This document shows, piece by piece, positions 40,723 through 51,557 of a stretch of 64,000 nucleotides of DNA. Under the pieces are notes generated by a model. That model saw only the letters and a program-made list of their open reading frames with translations, did no database searches and was not told where the DNA came from. Each line of letters starts with the position of its first letter. Position 1 is the first letter of the stretch. Location of the stretch: IMG/VR virus record IMGVR_UViG_3300032167_000006; one strand, 5' to 3'. A program made the position numbers and the translations under genes. The stretch comes from a virus (Duplodnaviria; Caudoviricetes).

Positions 40723-42325
40723 CTGCATCACCTCCGCTAATCGTATTTATAGCTTTATCTAATTTTTCTGTTGATATATCACCTGTGATGCTATCAATAA
40801 TACTACCACTTAAAGCATCAGTAACACCAAATGATTCAAATACAATACGTTCACCAAGTTCTGCACGCACAAATAGTGTAATTGTATTATTGCCATTATT
40901 AGAATAATCTAAGTTTTCAAATAATCTTATACCATTTCTATATACATTTATAATATCACCATCGCAATAATCAAGTCCGCTAAAATCTATCACTGTTTCT
41001 TGATCCAAACACGTATGTATCCATCTTAAAGGAAATATTTCATTTATACCACTTAATAATACCGCAGTTCCTTTAGATTGACCACCTGCTGGGTTTGATT
41101 CTATTTTAAATTTAACAACCTGATTTGATCTAAATCCTTTGTTAAGTTTGCCTCCATTAGGTGTTCTTATATCATAATAGTTATATGAATTCGTATCTTC
41201 TTTATATATGCCAAAAGATAAATCAATGCTATTAACTATTGCCTTTTTGGATGCCTTTATAGTAACAATAAACACATCTCCTACATTAGGTGATGTGTTT
41301 TTATTGATAAGTATTTCATTTTTATCATCATTATTATCACTTATATCAGCACAATAAAATACTGTTTGGTTATTAGCTTCAATAGCTTGAGATAGCTCGT
41401 CATGTAATCTTGCTACTGCTTTAGATGTAGCAACTGAATTGCTATTTGAAAGAATATAAGAATCAGATACCAATTCTAACTTACTAACTGGGATAGTATG
41501 ATTTGCAATATTATTACCAGACATGAATTTTAAATTTGACCCTTCAGGATCTTCATTAGTGCTATCATAAACACTATTAAATATCCATACCAAATCAATA
41601 CGTCTACCCTTTTCAATTGGTTCATCAAAAATTATGGTACCATGAGTATATTCATCTCCATTTGTAATTATTTCATATCTATCTCTAGCTATAAATGTAG
41701 TACCTATACGCAATTCAAGCATATCTTGATAATTAGGAAATAAATATTCAAATTCAAAATTATTATAATATTTATCATCTTTTGAAGTTCCACAGTCATT
41801 TATACCGGCACGTATATACGTGATAGCAAATCCTAATTTGGTCATATTATCAAGACGTTCTTGAATAGTATTACCTTGTGAATCATATACATTATCCGCT
41901 GAAGTCACAGGCAATTGTATATTACCATCAATGGTTTGTAATAATACATTTTTTGTTGTAGGATCTAATAATTTATCTTTATCATTATTATAATCAAACC
42001 CACTATTATCTTCAGCATGAGAAAAATTCCTATATATAAAACCAATAATATCTTTTAAATTTGTTGGTCCATCTATACCTTCTATTGAAAGGGTGAAATT
42101 ATTAGCACTAATCTCTGGATTAAGATTTGCTGCTTCATTTATTATTTCTTGCGTTATATCTATATATTTTTTAGGATTACTATGATGAGTTATATAAATA
42201 TGATAATTTTTATCTTCACCATAGTTAATCATAAGCTCATTACATTGGCTTAAATCACATTTTTCATAAGCAAGAGGTTTAAGAGGTATTCTACCATGCT
42301 CAAATTGATCATTTAAAGATGCCAT
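40709..42325 (-). CDS. probable virion/baseplate-associated protein
   Basis: VYRNGIRLFENLDY module, PVTSADNV motif, late-type promoter. Confidence 0.6.
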   Translation of the reverse strand: MASLNDQFEHGRIPLKPLAYEKCDLSQCNELMINYGEDKNYHIYITHHSNPKKYIDITQEIINEAANLNPEISANNFTLSIEGIDGPTNLKDIIGFIYRNFSHAEDNSGFDYNNDKDKLLDPTTKNVLLQTIDGNIQLPVTSADNVYDSQGNTIQERLDNMTKLGFAITYIRAGINDCGTSKDDKYYNNFEFEYLFPNYQDMLELRIGTTFIARDRYEIITNGDEYTHGTIIFDEPIEKGRRIDLVWIFNSVYDSTNEDPEGSNLKFMSGNNIANHTIPVSKLELVSDSYILSNSNSVATSKAVARLHDELSQAIEANNQTVFYCADISDNNDDKNEILINKNTSPNVGDVFIVTIKASKKAIVNSIDLSFGIYKEDTNSYNYYDIRTPNGGKLNKGFRSNQVVKFKIESNPAGGQSKGTAVLLSGINEIFPLRWIHTCLDQETVIDFSGLDYCDGDIINVYRNGIRLFENLDYSNNGNNTITLFVRAELGERIVFESFGVTDALSGSIIDSITGDISTEKLDKAINTISGGDADGTE

Positions 42326-42354
42326 TATTATTGTCCTCCTTTATAATTATTTCA

Positions 42355-42367
42355 TTACAGAAATGTT
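42355..42367 (-). promoter_or_regulatory. late-type promoter
   Basis: AACA TTTCTG TAA. Confidence 0.7.
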
Positions 42368-42391
42368 CGGCTCCTATATTTGCGCTAGATT

Positions 42392-42404
42392 AACATTTAA
42401 ATAA
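42392..42404 (+). promoter_or_regulatory. late-type promoter
   Basis: AACA TTTAAA TAA; divergent partner of the 42355 site. Confidence 0.7.
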
Positions 42405-42428
42405 ATATATAAGTTAGGAGGGATTATA

Positions 42429-42971
42429 ATGGGATTAAAAGAAAAAATTGCTGCTCGTAAACATAAACGAGAAAAAATAAAACAAGAAAAAGAACAGAAA
42501 AGGTTTAATCAAAGACAAGAAGAAATGAATAAAACTTACAAAAATAAAAAGCAAAAAAGTGATTTTAAATCTCTTCTTGCTCGTCTTAAATTTGAGACTT
42601 ATACTAAACGTCTTGTTGGTCTTGTTGTATTTGTAGGTTTAGTAGACTTGCAGCTTTCATACATTTTAGCATTTTTAGGAAAAGAACAGATTGCTGAATC
42701 ATTATCTAATCAAATTTGCGTAACACTTTTAGGTACTGTATTAGTATATGTAATAAGAGCTCATTTTGATACAAAAGCAGAAAAGAATGACGAACTTATT
42801 AGATCTGGACTTATTGTAGATAAAAAGAAAAATGTAGTTATTCCTAAAGAAGTTATAGAAAACAAAATACAAGAAATTATAAATAATTCTGGATTAGCTG
42901 ACCATATTAATGCAACATCTTGTGATACTGAAATGGAAACAGAGAATCCAGAGGATTCAAATTATGTTTAA
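42429..42971 (+). CDS. two-TM membrane protein, holin-like
   Basis: basic N-terminus, two hydrophobic helices, adjacent to the LL-H-type holin. Confidence 0.5.
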   Translation: MGLKEKIAARKHKREKIKQEKEQKRFNQRQEEMNKTYKNKKQKSDFKSLLARLKFETYTKRLVGLVVFVGLVDLQLSYILAFLGKEQIAESLSNQICVTLLGTVLVYVIRAHFDTKAEKNDELIRSGLIVDKKKNVVIPKEVIENKIQEIINNSGLADHINATSCDTEMETENPEDSNYV

Positions 42972-42999
42972 AATATTTTTATAAAGGAGAATATTAATA

Positions 43000-43407
43000 A
43001 TGGATAAAGATTTAATTAAATTACTTATTGAATTAGGTTTAGCTGTAGTAGCATTTATTTTAGGTAGATACATTCTTCCTAAATATAAAGGCAATATTCA
43101 AACTGCTGTATCACAGTTTGAGTTTATTTTAAAATACGCTGAATCATTCTGTGCATATGCAAGACAGTTCTTAACTACGTCTGGAGAAGAAAAGATGGAT
43201 GAAGTTGTTAAGAAATTGAAAGAATTATGTGTTAAAGAAGGTATTCAGGTAGAAGAAGAAACTTTAAGAGCTATTGCACAAAAGGCATATGACGCAATGG
43301 TAGCTGCAGAAAATAAAGCTAAGATTGTTATAGAATCACCTGCTGCAATAGAAGAAGTTAAAACCTTTGAACCTGTAGAAGCTGAAACTACTGAAGAAAA
43401 TAAATAA
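43000..43407 (+). CDS. phage holin, LL-H family
   Basis: N-terminal TM then A...AxQ...SGEEK..EV...L pattern. Confidence 0.7.
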   Translation: MDKDLIKLLIELGLAVVAFILGRYILPKYKGNIQTAVSQFEFILKYAESFCAYARQFLTTSGEEKMDEVVKKLKELCVKEGIQVEEETLRAIAQKAYDAMVAAENKAKIVIESPAAIEEVKTFEPVEAETTEENK

Positions 43408-43412
43408 TTAAT

Positions 43413-43442
43413 TATAGGTAAGGGTTAGCGCCCTTACCTATA
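43413..43442 (+). terminator. hairpin after the holin
   Basis: TATAGGTAAGGG-TTAGCG-CCCTTACCTATA. Confidence 0.75.
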
Positions 43443-43457
43443 TATTTAGGCCGGCTG

Positions 43458-43470
43458 AACATTCTTATAA
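43458..43470 (+). promoter_or_regulatory. late-type promoter
   Basis: AACA TTCTTA TAA. Confidence 0.7.
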
Positions 43471-43496
43471 TATTTAGATAAAGGGAGGTAATTAAT

Positions 43497-44051
43497 ATGC
43501 CGTCTTTAGATACATTGATGAGTTATCATAGACTTAAAAAAGGTCCATTAGACGATAGTGAAATTTTTTCTTCTGTAAAAGATCTTATGAACTATTGCAC
43601 TAATGGAGCTTGTTATAATGGACAACGAGTAGCTGTTGATAACGGTAATTTTATAGTTGAATATGTAATTAGAAATAATATTCCTATAATAGATATGAAG
43701 GGCTCAGAACCAATATTTAAATCTGGATTTAATTTTTCTGAAGATTCAAATACATCATATGGATTATTAGCATTTGAAGGCAAAGCAAGTAATATTATAA
43801 ATAGTAATAATTTTATTTTTGATGAAGATAACCTTAATATACTTAGTCAATTAGAGATCTTTGCTGATGATGAAGAAAATATTAAATTTGCTATAAATGT
43901 AGGTAGCGACACTACATATATTAATCAAAGTACAGCTATTACTATAGATGAAATTATACAACTATTATCTAATGAATTGACTAATATTGCTGATTTATCA
44001 GTGAAAATTTATGTTAAAGCACAAGATTATTATAATGCTTTAAATAACTAA
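43497..44051 (+). CDS. tail-fibre-associated protein
   Basis: R...GPLD.SEIF...Y.GQ.V module shared with 60454-62790. Confidence 0.55.
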   Translation: MPSLDTLMSYHRLKKGPLDDSEIFSSVKDLMNYCTNGACYNGQRVAVDNGNFIVEYVIRNNIPIIDMKGSEPIFKSGFNFSEDSNTSYGLLAFEGKASNIINSNNFIFDEDNLNILSQLEIFADDEENIKFAINVGSDTTYINQSTAITIDEIIQLLSNELTNIADLSVKIYVKAQDYYNALNN

Positions 44052-44070
44052 ATGAGAGGAGTGAATAAAT

Positions 44071-44604
44071 ATGGCAGAATATAATCTCGGTCCTTTTAGA
44101 ATTAGGCCTAGAGGTGAATATAAAAGTGACGAAACTTATAAATATCTTGATGTAGTATCATATAATGGTGGATCATATTTATGCACTAATAATGATATTA
44201 TAGATGATATAGGATGTACAGGAGTAGAACCTACCAATTCTGCATACTGGATGCAACTTGCAAGCAAAGGTGAAACTGGTAAGTACGAAATAATGTATCA
44301 TACTATAAAGAATTTAAATGAATTTAAAGATAGTGTATGGGATTTTAATGAAACAGATAAAATATATATAAATAATGATTTTACTGATATATTGGAAATT
44401 ATAAATGTAAAACCTGGATATTGCGGTGCTATATTAACAAAAAATCGCAATTTAAAATTACCAATTAATAGTAATTTTTCAATGGATTTTAATTATGTAA
44501 ATATAGTTGATGAAAATCAATATTATTTATATACATTTATATATGCAGATATGGGCGCTGGAGAAAAATTTATATGGAATAGGACTGTGATAAACAATGA
44601 ATAG
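44071..44604 (+). CDS. tail-associated protein with CBM5/12-like N-terminus
   Basis: RGEYKSDETYKYLDVVSYNGGSYLC...P...YW. Confidence 0.55.
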   Translation: MAEYNLGPFRIRPRGEYKSDETYKYLDVVSYNGGSYLCTNNDIIDDIGCTGVEPTNSAYWMQLASKGETGKYEIMYHTIKNLNEFKDSVWDFNETDKIYINNDFTDILEIINVKPGYCGAILTKNRNLKLPINSNFSMDFNYVNIVDENQYYLYTFIYADMGAGEKFIWNRTVINNE

Positions 44605-45670
44605 TCAAAGTATATATATGGATTCATTGAATCTACTTCATTTAAATAATCACACTCCAGTAAATAGAATATGTGATATTCATAAAAATCATAATGATTT
44701 TGTTAAAGATTTACAATATACAATAGGCAAACCAATATATAATATGGATGCCGGATTATATAAAATAATATTTGATGGTATTGAATATATTATTGATGTA
44801 TATTTTAAATTAACAGAATCTAATTTTCTTATGATTAATAGTAAATATGATATCACTATTTATGTAGCTGGAAATCCATATCCTGTAATACCATATAAAA
44901 TTAATAGTACTAATAATGGATCTTCTTATGAGATAAATACTGTTAATAGTGATATTGATACAGTTGTTATAAGTGGTGCTGAAAAAAGAATAGAATACCT
45001 TACATTCAGAAGTCAGCATGGTTCTGATAATGATATTGTAGAGATTCCATTAAAGTATTCTCTTGGTAAATTAAAAAATGGTCTTACAGATTATTTTATT
45101 ATTAATACAGCACAGCAAACTGCCCATATAATATTAAATACTTATAAAGAAATGCTAACTAATGGATTAGATTATAATTACGTTGAAGAGCTTTCTGATA
45201 GAGTAGAAGCTAATACAAAAGATTATTATATATTCTTTATAAATCGTCAGATTATTAAAATAAGTGGTGATATTTACTGTACTGATTTTAAACCTACTAC
45301 TTATAATAAGCTCATTAGTAATGAGACTATTACTGAAAATTATATTGCAACTGGAACTTATTTAAACAATAATGGTATATGGTTAAAAATAAAAAAATCA
45401 TTATTTAATATTACTGATAAAGAATTGGAATATAATGGCACTGATATTATTGTTAATAGATTTAGAAAATGGATTAAAGGAAGAATGCAATCTAATCCAA
45501 TTTATGTAGAATATGAATTATCTAATACTATTTTTAGCACAATTCTTATAGATGATTACCATATTAAAACATGGTATCCTAATACAACAATCTCATTAGA
45601 AAATAATTATGATTTTTCTATTTTTTATAAATCTCTAAAATCTGGAGGTGAAAATAATGCATTGGAATAA
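44597..45670 (+). CDS. probable tail/virion protein
   Basis: lies in a late operon; NPIYVEYEL motif common in tail proteins. Confidence 0.5.
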   Translation: MNSQSIYMDSLNLLHLNNHTPVNRICDIHKNHNDFVKDLQYTIGKPIYNMDAGLYKIIFDGIEYIIDVYFKLTESNFLMINSKYDITIYVAGNPYPVIPYKINSTNNGSSYEINTVNSDIDTVVISGAEKRIEYLTFRSQHGSDNDIVEIPLKYSLGKLKNGLTDYFIINTAQQTAHIILNTYKEMLTNGLDYNYVEELSDRVEANTKDYYIFFINRQIIKISGDIYCTDFKPTTYNKLISNETITENYIATGTYLNNNGIWLKIKKSLFNITDKELEYNGTDIIVNRFRKWIKGRMQSNPIYVEYELSNTIFSTILIDDYHIKTWYPNTTISLENNYDFSIFYKSLKSGGENNALE

Positions 45671-47000
45671 TGGACGATTTCATGGCGTTGTTACAATACA
45701 AGATACATTAAATATAACAGATAATAGATATAATGCTATTACATATAAAGATGATATTACAAAACATGGCGTAGAAGGTGTTTGTACAGGAACTATTTTT
45801 GGAAATTATGATTGCACTGATAGTTATCTAGTTGGTTTAGGTGCAATTATTGCATCAAAAAATAATAAAACAGACTCACAAACTTCTAGATATATATCTC
45901 TTGATAAAAATAATGGCATAGCAATTACAAACTTGTATGCAGGTACAAACGCTGATGTGAATAAAAATATTTATATGAGAAGTAATTCTGGCTTTATACA
46001 TCTTGCCGGCCAAAGTATTATAATAAATGATATCTGTAAATTGCGCAATGATTTAATAACAGAAGCAAATAAAATTGCTATTACTCATGATTATACTAGC
46101 ACTACTTTTGGCGATGATTCAATTATCACTAATATTAATGGATCTAATGTAAATATTGCCGGTGATACCACTGTTACCGGTGATTACATATATCTTAATA
46201 AATCAGGAACAGAAAATTCAACTTATATCAAACTTGGTACTGACGCGATAGATGGTGCAAGCGATGGTATCGATATATCTACTAATGCGAATGAAAATAT
46301 TCGTATTCAAAGTGGAAATAATATTAATTTAATGACAGATGGTGGACTAGTCAATATATCAAACAAAGCAATATCAAGCACCGATGAACATATAGCTATT
46401 AATCTTTATAAGAATTCAACTACTGATGCTGTAGTTACGACGTATGGTAATTACACTTCAGATGCTACTCGTCTTGCAGGTATTAATACAGGGCTTGTAT
46501 CAAAAAATACAGCTACTGATGAAAATAATATTAGAAATATAATACTTAATCAAGATAATGGTATATCTATTATAAATAACGCACCAAGTGATGATACAAC
46601 GTCAAATAAAAATATTTATATCGCTAGTAAAGCAGGTATTGCAAGTATTTCCAGCGGAGAATATGAAACTACTATTGATAATGGCGATGGCACTACTAGT
46701 ATTATAACCAATCCTAAAAGACGTATTAGATTGGGTGACGGGGTGGCAGGAACAGAAAAAAATGGTATAGGTATTGTCACATATGATGATAACGAGCATA
46801 TCACCATTAATAGTTCTAAAGGTACTTTAATCCTTGCAGGAAATAGCGGTGTTACTATTTCTGGCGGCGTAACAATTAATGGTAATGCTACATTAAATGA
46901 TAGCTTAATAATTACATCTGATATATATGGGACAGATGATCCTTCAACCGCTATTACCAACCCAGTTGCTGGACAGCTTTATTTTAAAATTATTTCTTAA
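45657..47000 (+). CDS. beta-helical tail spike/fibre protein
   Basis: G/N/I/T-rich repeated beta units; ends in P..GQLYFKI. Confidence 0.6.
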   Translation: MHWNNGRFHGVVTIQDTLNITDNRYNAITYKDDITKHGVEGVCTGTIFGNYDCTDSYLVGLGAIIASKNNKTDSQTSRYISLDKNNGIAITNLYAGTNADVNKNIYMRSNSGFIHLAGQSIIINDICKLRNDLITEANKIAITHDYTSTTFGDDSIITNINGSNVNIAGDTTVTGDYIYLNKSGTENSTYIKLGTDAIDGASDGIDISTNANENIRIQSGNNINLMTDGGLVNISNKAISSTDEHIAINLYKNSTTDAVVTTYGNYTSDATRLAGINTGLVSKNTATDENNIRNIILNQDNGISIINNAPSDDTTSNKNIYIASKAGIASISSGEYETTIDNGDGTTSIITNPKRRIRLGDGVAGTEKNGIGIVTYDDNEHITINSSKGTLILAGNSGVTISGGVTINGNATLNDSLIITSDIYGTDDPSTAITNPVAGQLYFKIIS

Positions 47001-47034
47001 TATTTAAAATTTTATATTAAGGAGGTGAGATAGT

Positions 47035-49419
47035 ATGGGATATTATTATTTAACAGGTGATGAAAATAAAATATATAATAGGGATCCAGCAATAAAAGAT
47101 GCCGGTTCTGCCGTATATACTCAACTTAAATTTCAGAATGGCGTTTTATATAATTCATCAAATGCAGCTATATCGAATAATACTATAAATATAACTCATG
47201 AAGGCAATAATTTCCCAATTACAATTGCAGTAGCTGCAAATGGAGTACTGACTATTACTTTTAATACTACAAGCAATAAATATTTTGGTGCTGAATATAA
47301 TACTAATACAGGTGAATGGGCTTTATCTGGCGCTGTTGGTTATGAAATTGTAGGCGGTAATGGGACTAGAACAACTGAAGTAAAAACATTTTACTTTAAT
47401 AATTACGGTTATAGTTATTCAGGAACAGGATCAAGAAGTTTTACTGTAAATTTAAATAACTATACTTCCCCTATAAAACTTAGGCTTTTATGTAACTTAT
47501 GCGATGGTTATGGTTTCGATGGAACTATACACCCATCTCAATCATTTGTTACGTTAGATACAGGTGGAGGAGCCACTGCAACATGGGAAATTAGTACACA
47601 TGAACATGTAAGCGCACCTGGTGTAAAATGTAATGATAGAACCAGTACAAGTATTACAGTTGGTGGTGGTACACATGTAAGAATGGTAAATAGTGATGGT
47701 GCTAATATTACTGGATATGATTGGGTCCCATCACCTAATACGTATACAGGATTGAAACCTTCTACGAGTTATTATTTTAAAACAGGCAATTCTTGCGATT
47801 GTGGTTCTTATATGGCAGTAAGTGGCCATGAACGAATATCAACCTTACCAGCTACACCATATTCTGAAGATACCACTCAGCACACAATAGAATTAGCTAC
47901 TGGAAGAAATAATTATGTAAGAATGACAAATGCTAAAGGAAATACTGGTGATTGGGTTAAAGCTCCATATTTTTTTGAAGGTTTGGATGAATATAAAACA
48001 TATTACTTTCAAGCTGGAGATTATTATGATGGATATGGTTACCTTGCTAGTGACGTTATACCTATAACAACTTTAGCTCATAAAGCAGTAGGAGTTCCTA
48101 CTTTTTCTAATGTAAAAACCAAAACTATGACTATTACTGCTGGTGCTAATGGTACGTATGTAAAACGTGCAAATGCAGATGGTACTGAAATGGCAAATTG
48201 TAGTTGGCAAGCATCGCCATTTACTTATGATCAATTTGAGCCTAAAACAACTTATTATTTTATTTCTGGTTATAAGTGTAATGGGTGTGGAAAAATGATA
48301 AAAAGTGGGGTATCACATACTACTACAAAAGAAAGATTTACAGTAAATGATTGTAGTGATAAAGCATCCGTTTCAGCAACAACTTTAAAAGTTATACAAA
48401 CTTGGAATGAAAAAGGATCAGAAGGAATATCATGTAAAATTACATGTAATAATAAAGAAAAAACAATATCTACTAATGGTGGTTATGCTGTATTTACAGG
48501 TTTAACTGCAGGTGGTACATATACAGTTAGCTATACAGTTACAGATGATGAAGGTAATACTTCTACAGGAAGTTATAATAAAACAACTAAGAAAGCATTT
48601 ATTAATAATGATGCCGCACATCCCATAACTAAAACATCTAGAATTATTAGATTTTCTGGTAACTCTAATTATAGCAGTGACACAATGCAACTTGCTATAG
48701 ATGATAAAGATTGGGTGAATGTGAATCAAAATACAACAACTGCAGCGTTGGATGGATTAACTCATAATACCAATCATACTTTAAAATGTAGAATAAAAGA
48801 TTGTTATGCATATACTGATAAGGGTTTATTATCATCAATTAATGATAGTAATATTGATACGCTAACAATTAAAACCCACGAATTAACATTAATAGGATCT
48901 GTTATTGAACAACATCAACATTCATTAATTACATCATGGCAAGCTAAAGTTAATGGAGCTAATACGGATAAAGATGCTATAGACGGTACTTTATTTACTT
49001 TTGGAACTTTAACTACTACTGCATCATCGGCGACTGACTATCAAACTCCCAACGATAATAATGTCAGTCAACATTTAACAAGTAATCCAGCAACAACTGG
49101 AGTTTACTGGAGCTATAATGCAGATAAAAAAGAATATGAGTTAGATAGAAATATATATTCTAACAATCTTAAATGGTATTATTGTAAATATACCATTACA
49201 GCAAATATAACAGATGGATATAATACAGTGGCTGGTACTGTTGATGGATATACTACATTTCCATATTCTATAATATATGATGAAGTAACAAAAGAAGATG
49301 GTACAAAAACAATAGGACCTAAAAAAGCGATACCTTATATTTATAATGGATCTAATTGGGTTCCTGCGGTTGCCTTTGTTCATAATGGAACTAAATTTAA
49401 AGAATCTAACGGAGAGTAG
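47035..49419 (+). CDS. fibre/adhesin with FN3-like repeats
   Basis: TGLKPSTSYYF, EGLDEYKTYYF, DQFEPKTTYYF, TGLTAGGTYTV, DGLTHNTNH. Confidence 0.75.
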   Translation: MGYYYLTGDENKIYNRDPAIKDAGSAVYTQLKFQNGVLYNSSNAAISNNTINITHEGNNFPITIAVAANGVLTITFNTTSNKYFGAEYNTNTGEWALSGAVGYEIVGGNGTRTTEVKTFYFNNYGYSYSGTGSRSFTVNLNNYTSPIKLRLLCNLCDGYGFDGTIHPSQSFVTLDTGGGATATWEISTHEHVSAPGVKCNDRTSTSITVGGGTHVRMVNSDGANITGYDWVPSPNTYTGLKPSTSYYFKTGNSCDCGSYMAVSGHERISTLPATPYSEDTTQHTIELATGRNNYVRMTNAKGNTGDWVKAPYFFEGLDEYKTYYFQAGDYYDGYGYLASDVIPITTLAHKAVGVPTFSNVKTKTMTITAGANGTYVKRANADGTEMANCSWQASPFTYDQFEPKTTYYFISGYKCNGCGKMIKSGVSHTTTKERFTVNDCSDKASVSATTLKVIQTWNEKGSEGISCKITCNNKEKTISTNGGYAVFTGLTAGGTYTVSYTVTDDEGNTSTGSYNKTTKKAFINNDAAHPITKTSRIIRFSGNSNYSSDTMQLAIDDKDWVNVNQNTTTAALDGLTHNTNHTLKCRIKDCYAYTDKGLLSSINDSNIDTLTIKTHELTLIGSVIEQHQHSLITSWQAKVNGANTDKDAIDGTLFTFGTLTTTASSATDYQTPNDNNVSQHLTSNPATTGVYWSYNADKKEYELDRNIYSNNLKWYYCKYTITANITDGYNTVAGTVDGYTTFPYSIIYDEVTKEDGTKTIGPKKAIPYIYNGSNWVPAVAFVHNGTKFKESNGE

Positions 49420-49434
49420 AAATACTCTCCGTTA
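49407..49434 (+). terminator. hairpin overlapping a stop codon
   Basis: TAACGGAGAGTA-GAAA-TACTCTCCGTTA. Confidence 0.75.
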
Positions 49435-49467
49435 ATTTTACGCGAATATGAGATGCTTTTACGGAGC

Positions 49468-49480
49468 AACATTATAGTAA
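49468..49480 (+). promoter_or_regulatory. late-type promoter
   Basis: AACA TTATAG TAA. Confidence 0.7.
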
Positions 49481-49515
49481 ATTAAATATTACGTATTCTA
49501 GGGAGGAGGCAATTT

Positions 49516-50247
49516 ATGGATACAAATGCCCTTATAATATTATTGGTATCATTATTTATTATAGCTATAATAACAATAGCTGCAGCAGTGTTAGTTATTG
49601 CATCAAATAGAAAACTTATAACTACAAGTAATAGTAATAAGCAAGAACGCGAAACATTAAAAGCTCTAGCAGAACGAATAGTAGATAATTCTAATACAGA
49701 TAAAAATAATCCTGGAAAGACATTTATGAATACCATGGTCAAACTTAGAACTGCTACTAAAGAAAATTGTATAGCTGCAATGAATGAAATAGATGCAGCA
49801 AGAATTGCAATATATCTTTTTCATAATGGTACTAAATCAACTCATGGTATGCATTTCTTTAAAATGTCATGCATGTGTGAAAAGGTAGCTATCGGCAGTG
49901 GTGTTAGAGAGCGTATGATGGAGCATACAAATATTCCTATAAATTTATTTGACGAAATGTTCGAAAAGCTCAATACTTATAATAGATATATTATCATGAA
50001 TGATAAAAATGTTAATGATACTAGTCATAAAATCTTTATCTCTGCAGAAAAAATAAATTATGTGCAGCTTATTGCTATCTATGATATTGATAATAATATG
50101 CTTGGATTTATTTCTGCTGAAATGAGCACATCGTATTCAAAAGAAAGCGCCGATGAAGAAAAGAAAGTGCTTGATGGATTGTCTAAGCAGTTAACCCCTG
50201 TATTATCATTCTCAGAATATTTTAATGACCCATCTGTTACAATGTAA
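49516..50247 (+). CDS. TM + GAF-like protein (T4 holin T-like architecture)
   Basis: N-terminal TM; IYLFHNG...FFKMSC.CE; IYDIDNNMLGFI. Confidence 0.55.
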   Translation: MDTNALIILLVSLFIIAIITIAAAVLVIASNRKLITTSNSNKQERETLKALAERIVDNSNTDKNNPGKTFMNTMVKLRTATKENCIAAMNEIDAARIAIYLFHNGTKSTHGMHFFKMSCMCEKVAIGSGVRERMMEHTNIPINLFDEMFEKLNTYNRYIIMNDKNVNDTSHKIFISAEKINYVQLIAIYDIDNNMLGFISAEMSTSYSKESADEEKKVLDGLSKQLTPVLSFSEYFNDPSVTM

Positions 50248-50253
50248 TATTTT

Positions 50254-50278
50254 CAGCATGAGCGTTTTGCTCATGCTG
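50254..50278 (+). terminator. hairpin terminator
   Basis: CAGCATGAGC-GTTTT-GCTCATGCTG. Confidence 0.7.
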
Positions 50279-50295
50279 TATATTATTGTGAATTT

Positions 50296-50308
50296 GACAT
50301 TTTAATAA
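50296..50308 (+). promoter_or_regulatory. late-type promoter
   Basis: GACA TTTTAA TAA. Confidence 0.7.
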
Positions 50309-50330
50309 AATATTTAGGAGGTTTCAAATT

Positions 50331-51521
50331 ATGTCTAAAATTTATTCTATAAATAATGAAGAAGTCCCTTCAATCGAATATATATCAGAAATAGTTAAAA
50401 TGATTAGTGATGAGATTAAAACTCTCAATACAAATTTCAATGGATTTCCATCTATCAAAACTAATACAGAACAAATAAAAATAGATACTATAGAAAAACA
50501 AGATATAAATGCGTCATCTATTAAAACTGATCCTAGACATAGATTTATTAATGAAGCACTGTTGACCACATTTGTTAATAAACCGTCTAATTTTGAAATA
50601 GAACAATCTTTAGATGCAGTAAAGCAAGAGTTAAGAGAAGAGATTGAAAAGTCTTATATGAGAATTATAAATACTCCTAATGCTATTATTAAGCTTAGAG
50701 ATATTTATACTATATTGAATAATGAAAATGCTATAAATGGTTTATTAGATACATTATCTTATAAAGTAACTATGGAAGATTTTAAAGAGCATAAAGATTC
50801 TTACGTTCATTTAAATAATAATGATCGTAAAGCACTTAATATTCTTCTTAAATGTGTTACAAATAATTTTGCAGATTGGAATGCAAAAGATGATGAAGTA
50901 AATGCTATAAAAAATAAACCAACCTCATTACCTGCAAATGGTGGTAATGCAGATACTATAGCAAATCATGGCATTAAAGAAGTAATCAATAGAGATGATG
51001 ATGATTTAGTTGTTGGTGTATTTGGTTCAAATTATAGTAGTGATACATGTGATATTTATACTACAACTGGAGAGATTGATTCTGACTTATTTGCATCAGA
51101 ATTATCTAATATCAATGGTGGTACTGTATTATTTAAGAAAGGATCGTATAGTATTGCTGATGTATATGCTCAATTCAATAAAAAAGAGCCTATTATATTT
51201 AGAGGTGTTAATTATAAATTATCAACTTTAGCTGTAAATGATTTAGTGATGAATAATACTACATTTAAAGATATTAAGATTAAAGATTCAAAAAGTGTTG
51301 TTATTGAATCTGAAGTAGATTTAGAAAATGTAATATTTGAAAATTGTAATATCATGATTAACAAATCAAATTGCTGCAATATTAAAAATTGTATATTTAA
51401 CAATTGTAGTATTACAATACAAGGACCTATTACAAATAATATTATAAAATGTAATAGATATATTTATACTGCCCCTATAAAATATTTAGGTGGAAATAAT
51501 ATAATAACAGAAAATTTATAA
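50331..51521 (+). CDS. virion protein with pectin-lyase-like beta-helix
   Basis: ADWNA...IKNKP, NGGNADT, GGTVLFKKGSY, N/C-laddered repeats. Confidence 0.6.
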   Translation: MSKIYSINNEEVPSIEYISEIVKMISDEIKTLNTNFNGFPSIKTNTEQIKIDTIEKQDINASSIKTDPRHRFINEALLTTFVNKPSNFEIEQSLDAVKQELREEIEKSYMRIINTPNAIIKLRDIYTILNNENAINGLLDTLSYKVTMEDFKEHKDSYVHLNNNDRKALNILLKCVTNNFADWNAKDDEVNAIKNKPTSLPANGGNADTIANHGIKEVINRDDDDLVVGVFGSNYSSDTCDIYTTTGEIDSDLFASELSNINGGTVLFKKGSYSIADVYAQFNKKEPIIFRGVNYKLSTLAVNDLVMNNTTFKDIKIKDSKSVVIESEVDLENVIFENCNIMINKSNCCNIKNCIFNNCSITIQGPITNNIIKCNRYIYTAPIKYLGGNNIITENL

Positions 51522-51531
51522 ACAATAGATA

Positions 51532-51557
51532 TCCGATAGGGTTTACACCCTATCGGA
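51532..51557. terminator. hairpin between convergent genes
   Basis: TCCGATAGGG-TTTACA-CCCTATCGGA; includes the stop codon of the 437-aa gene. Confidence 0.75.
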
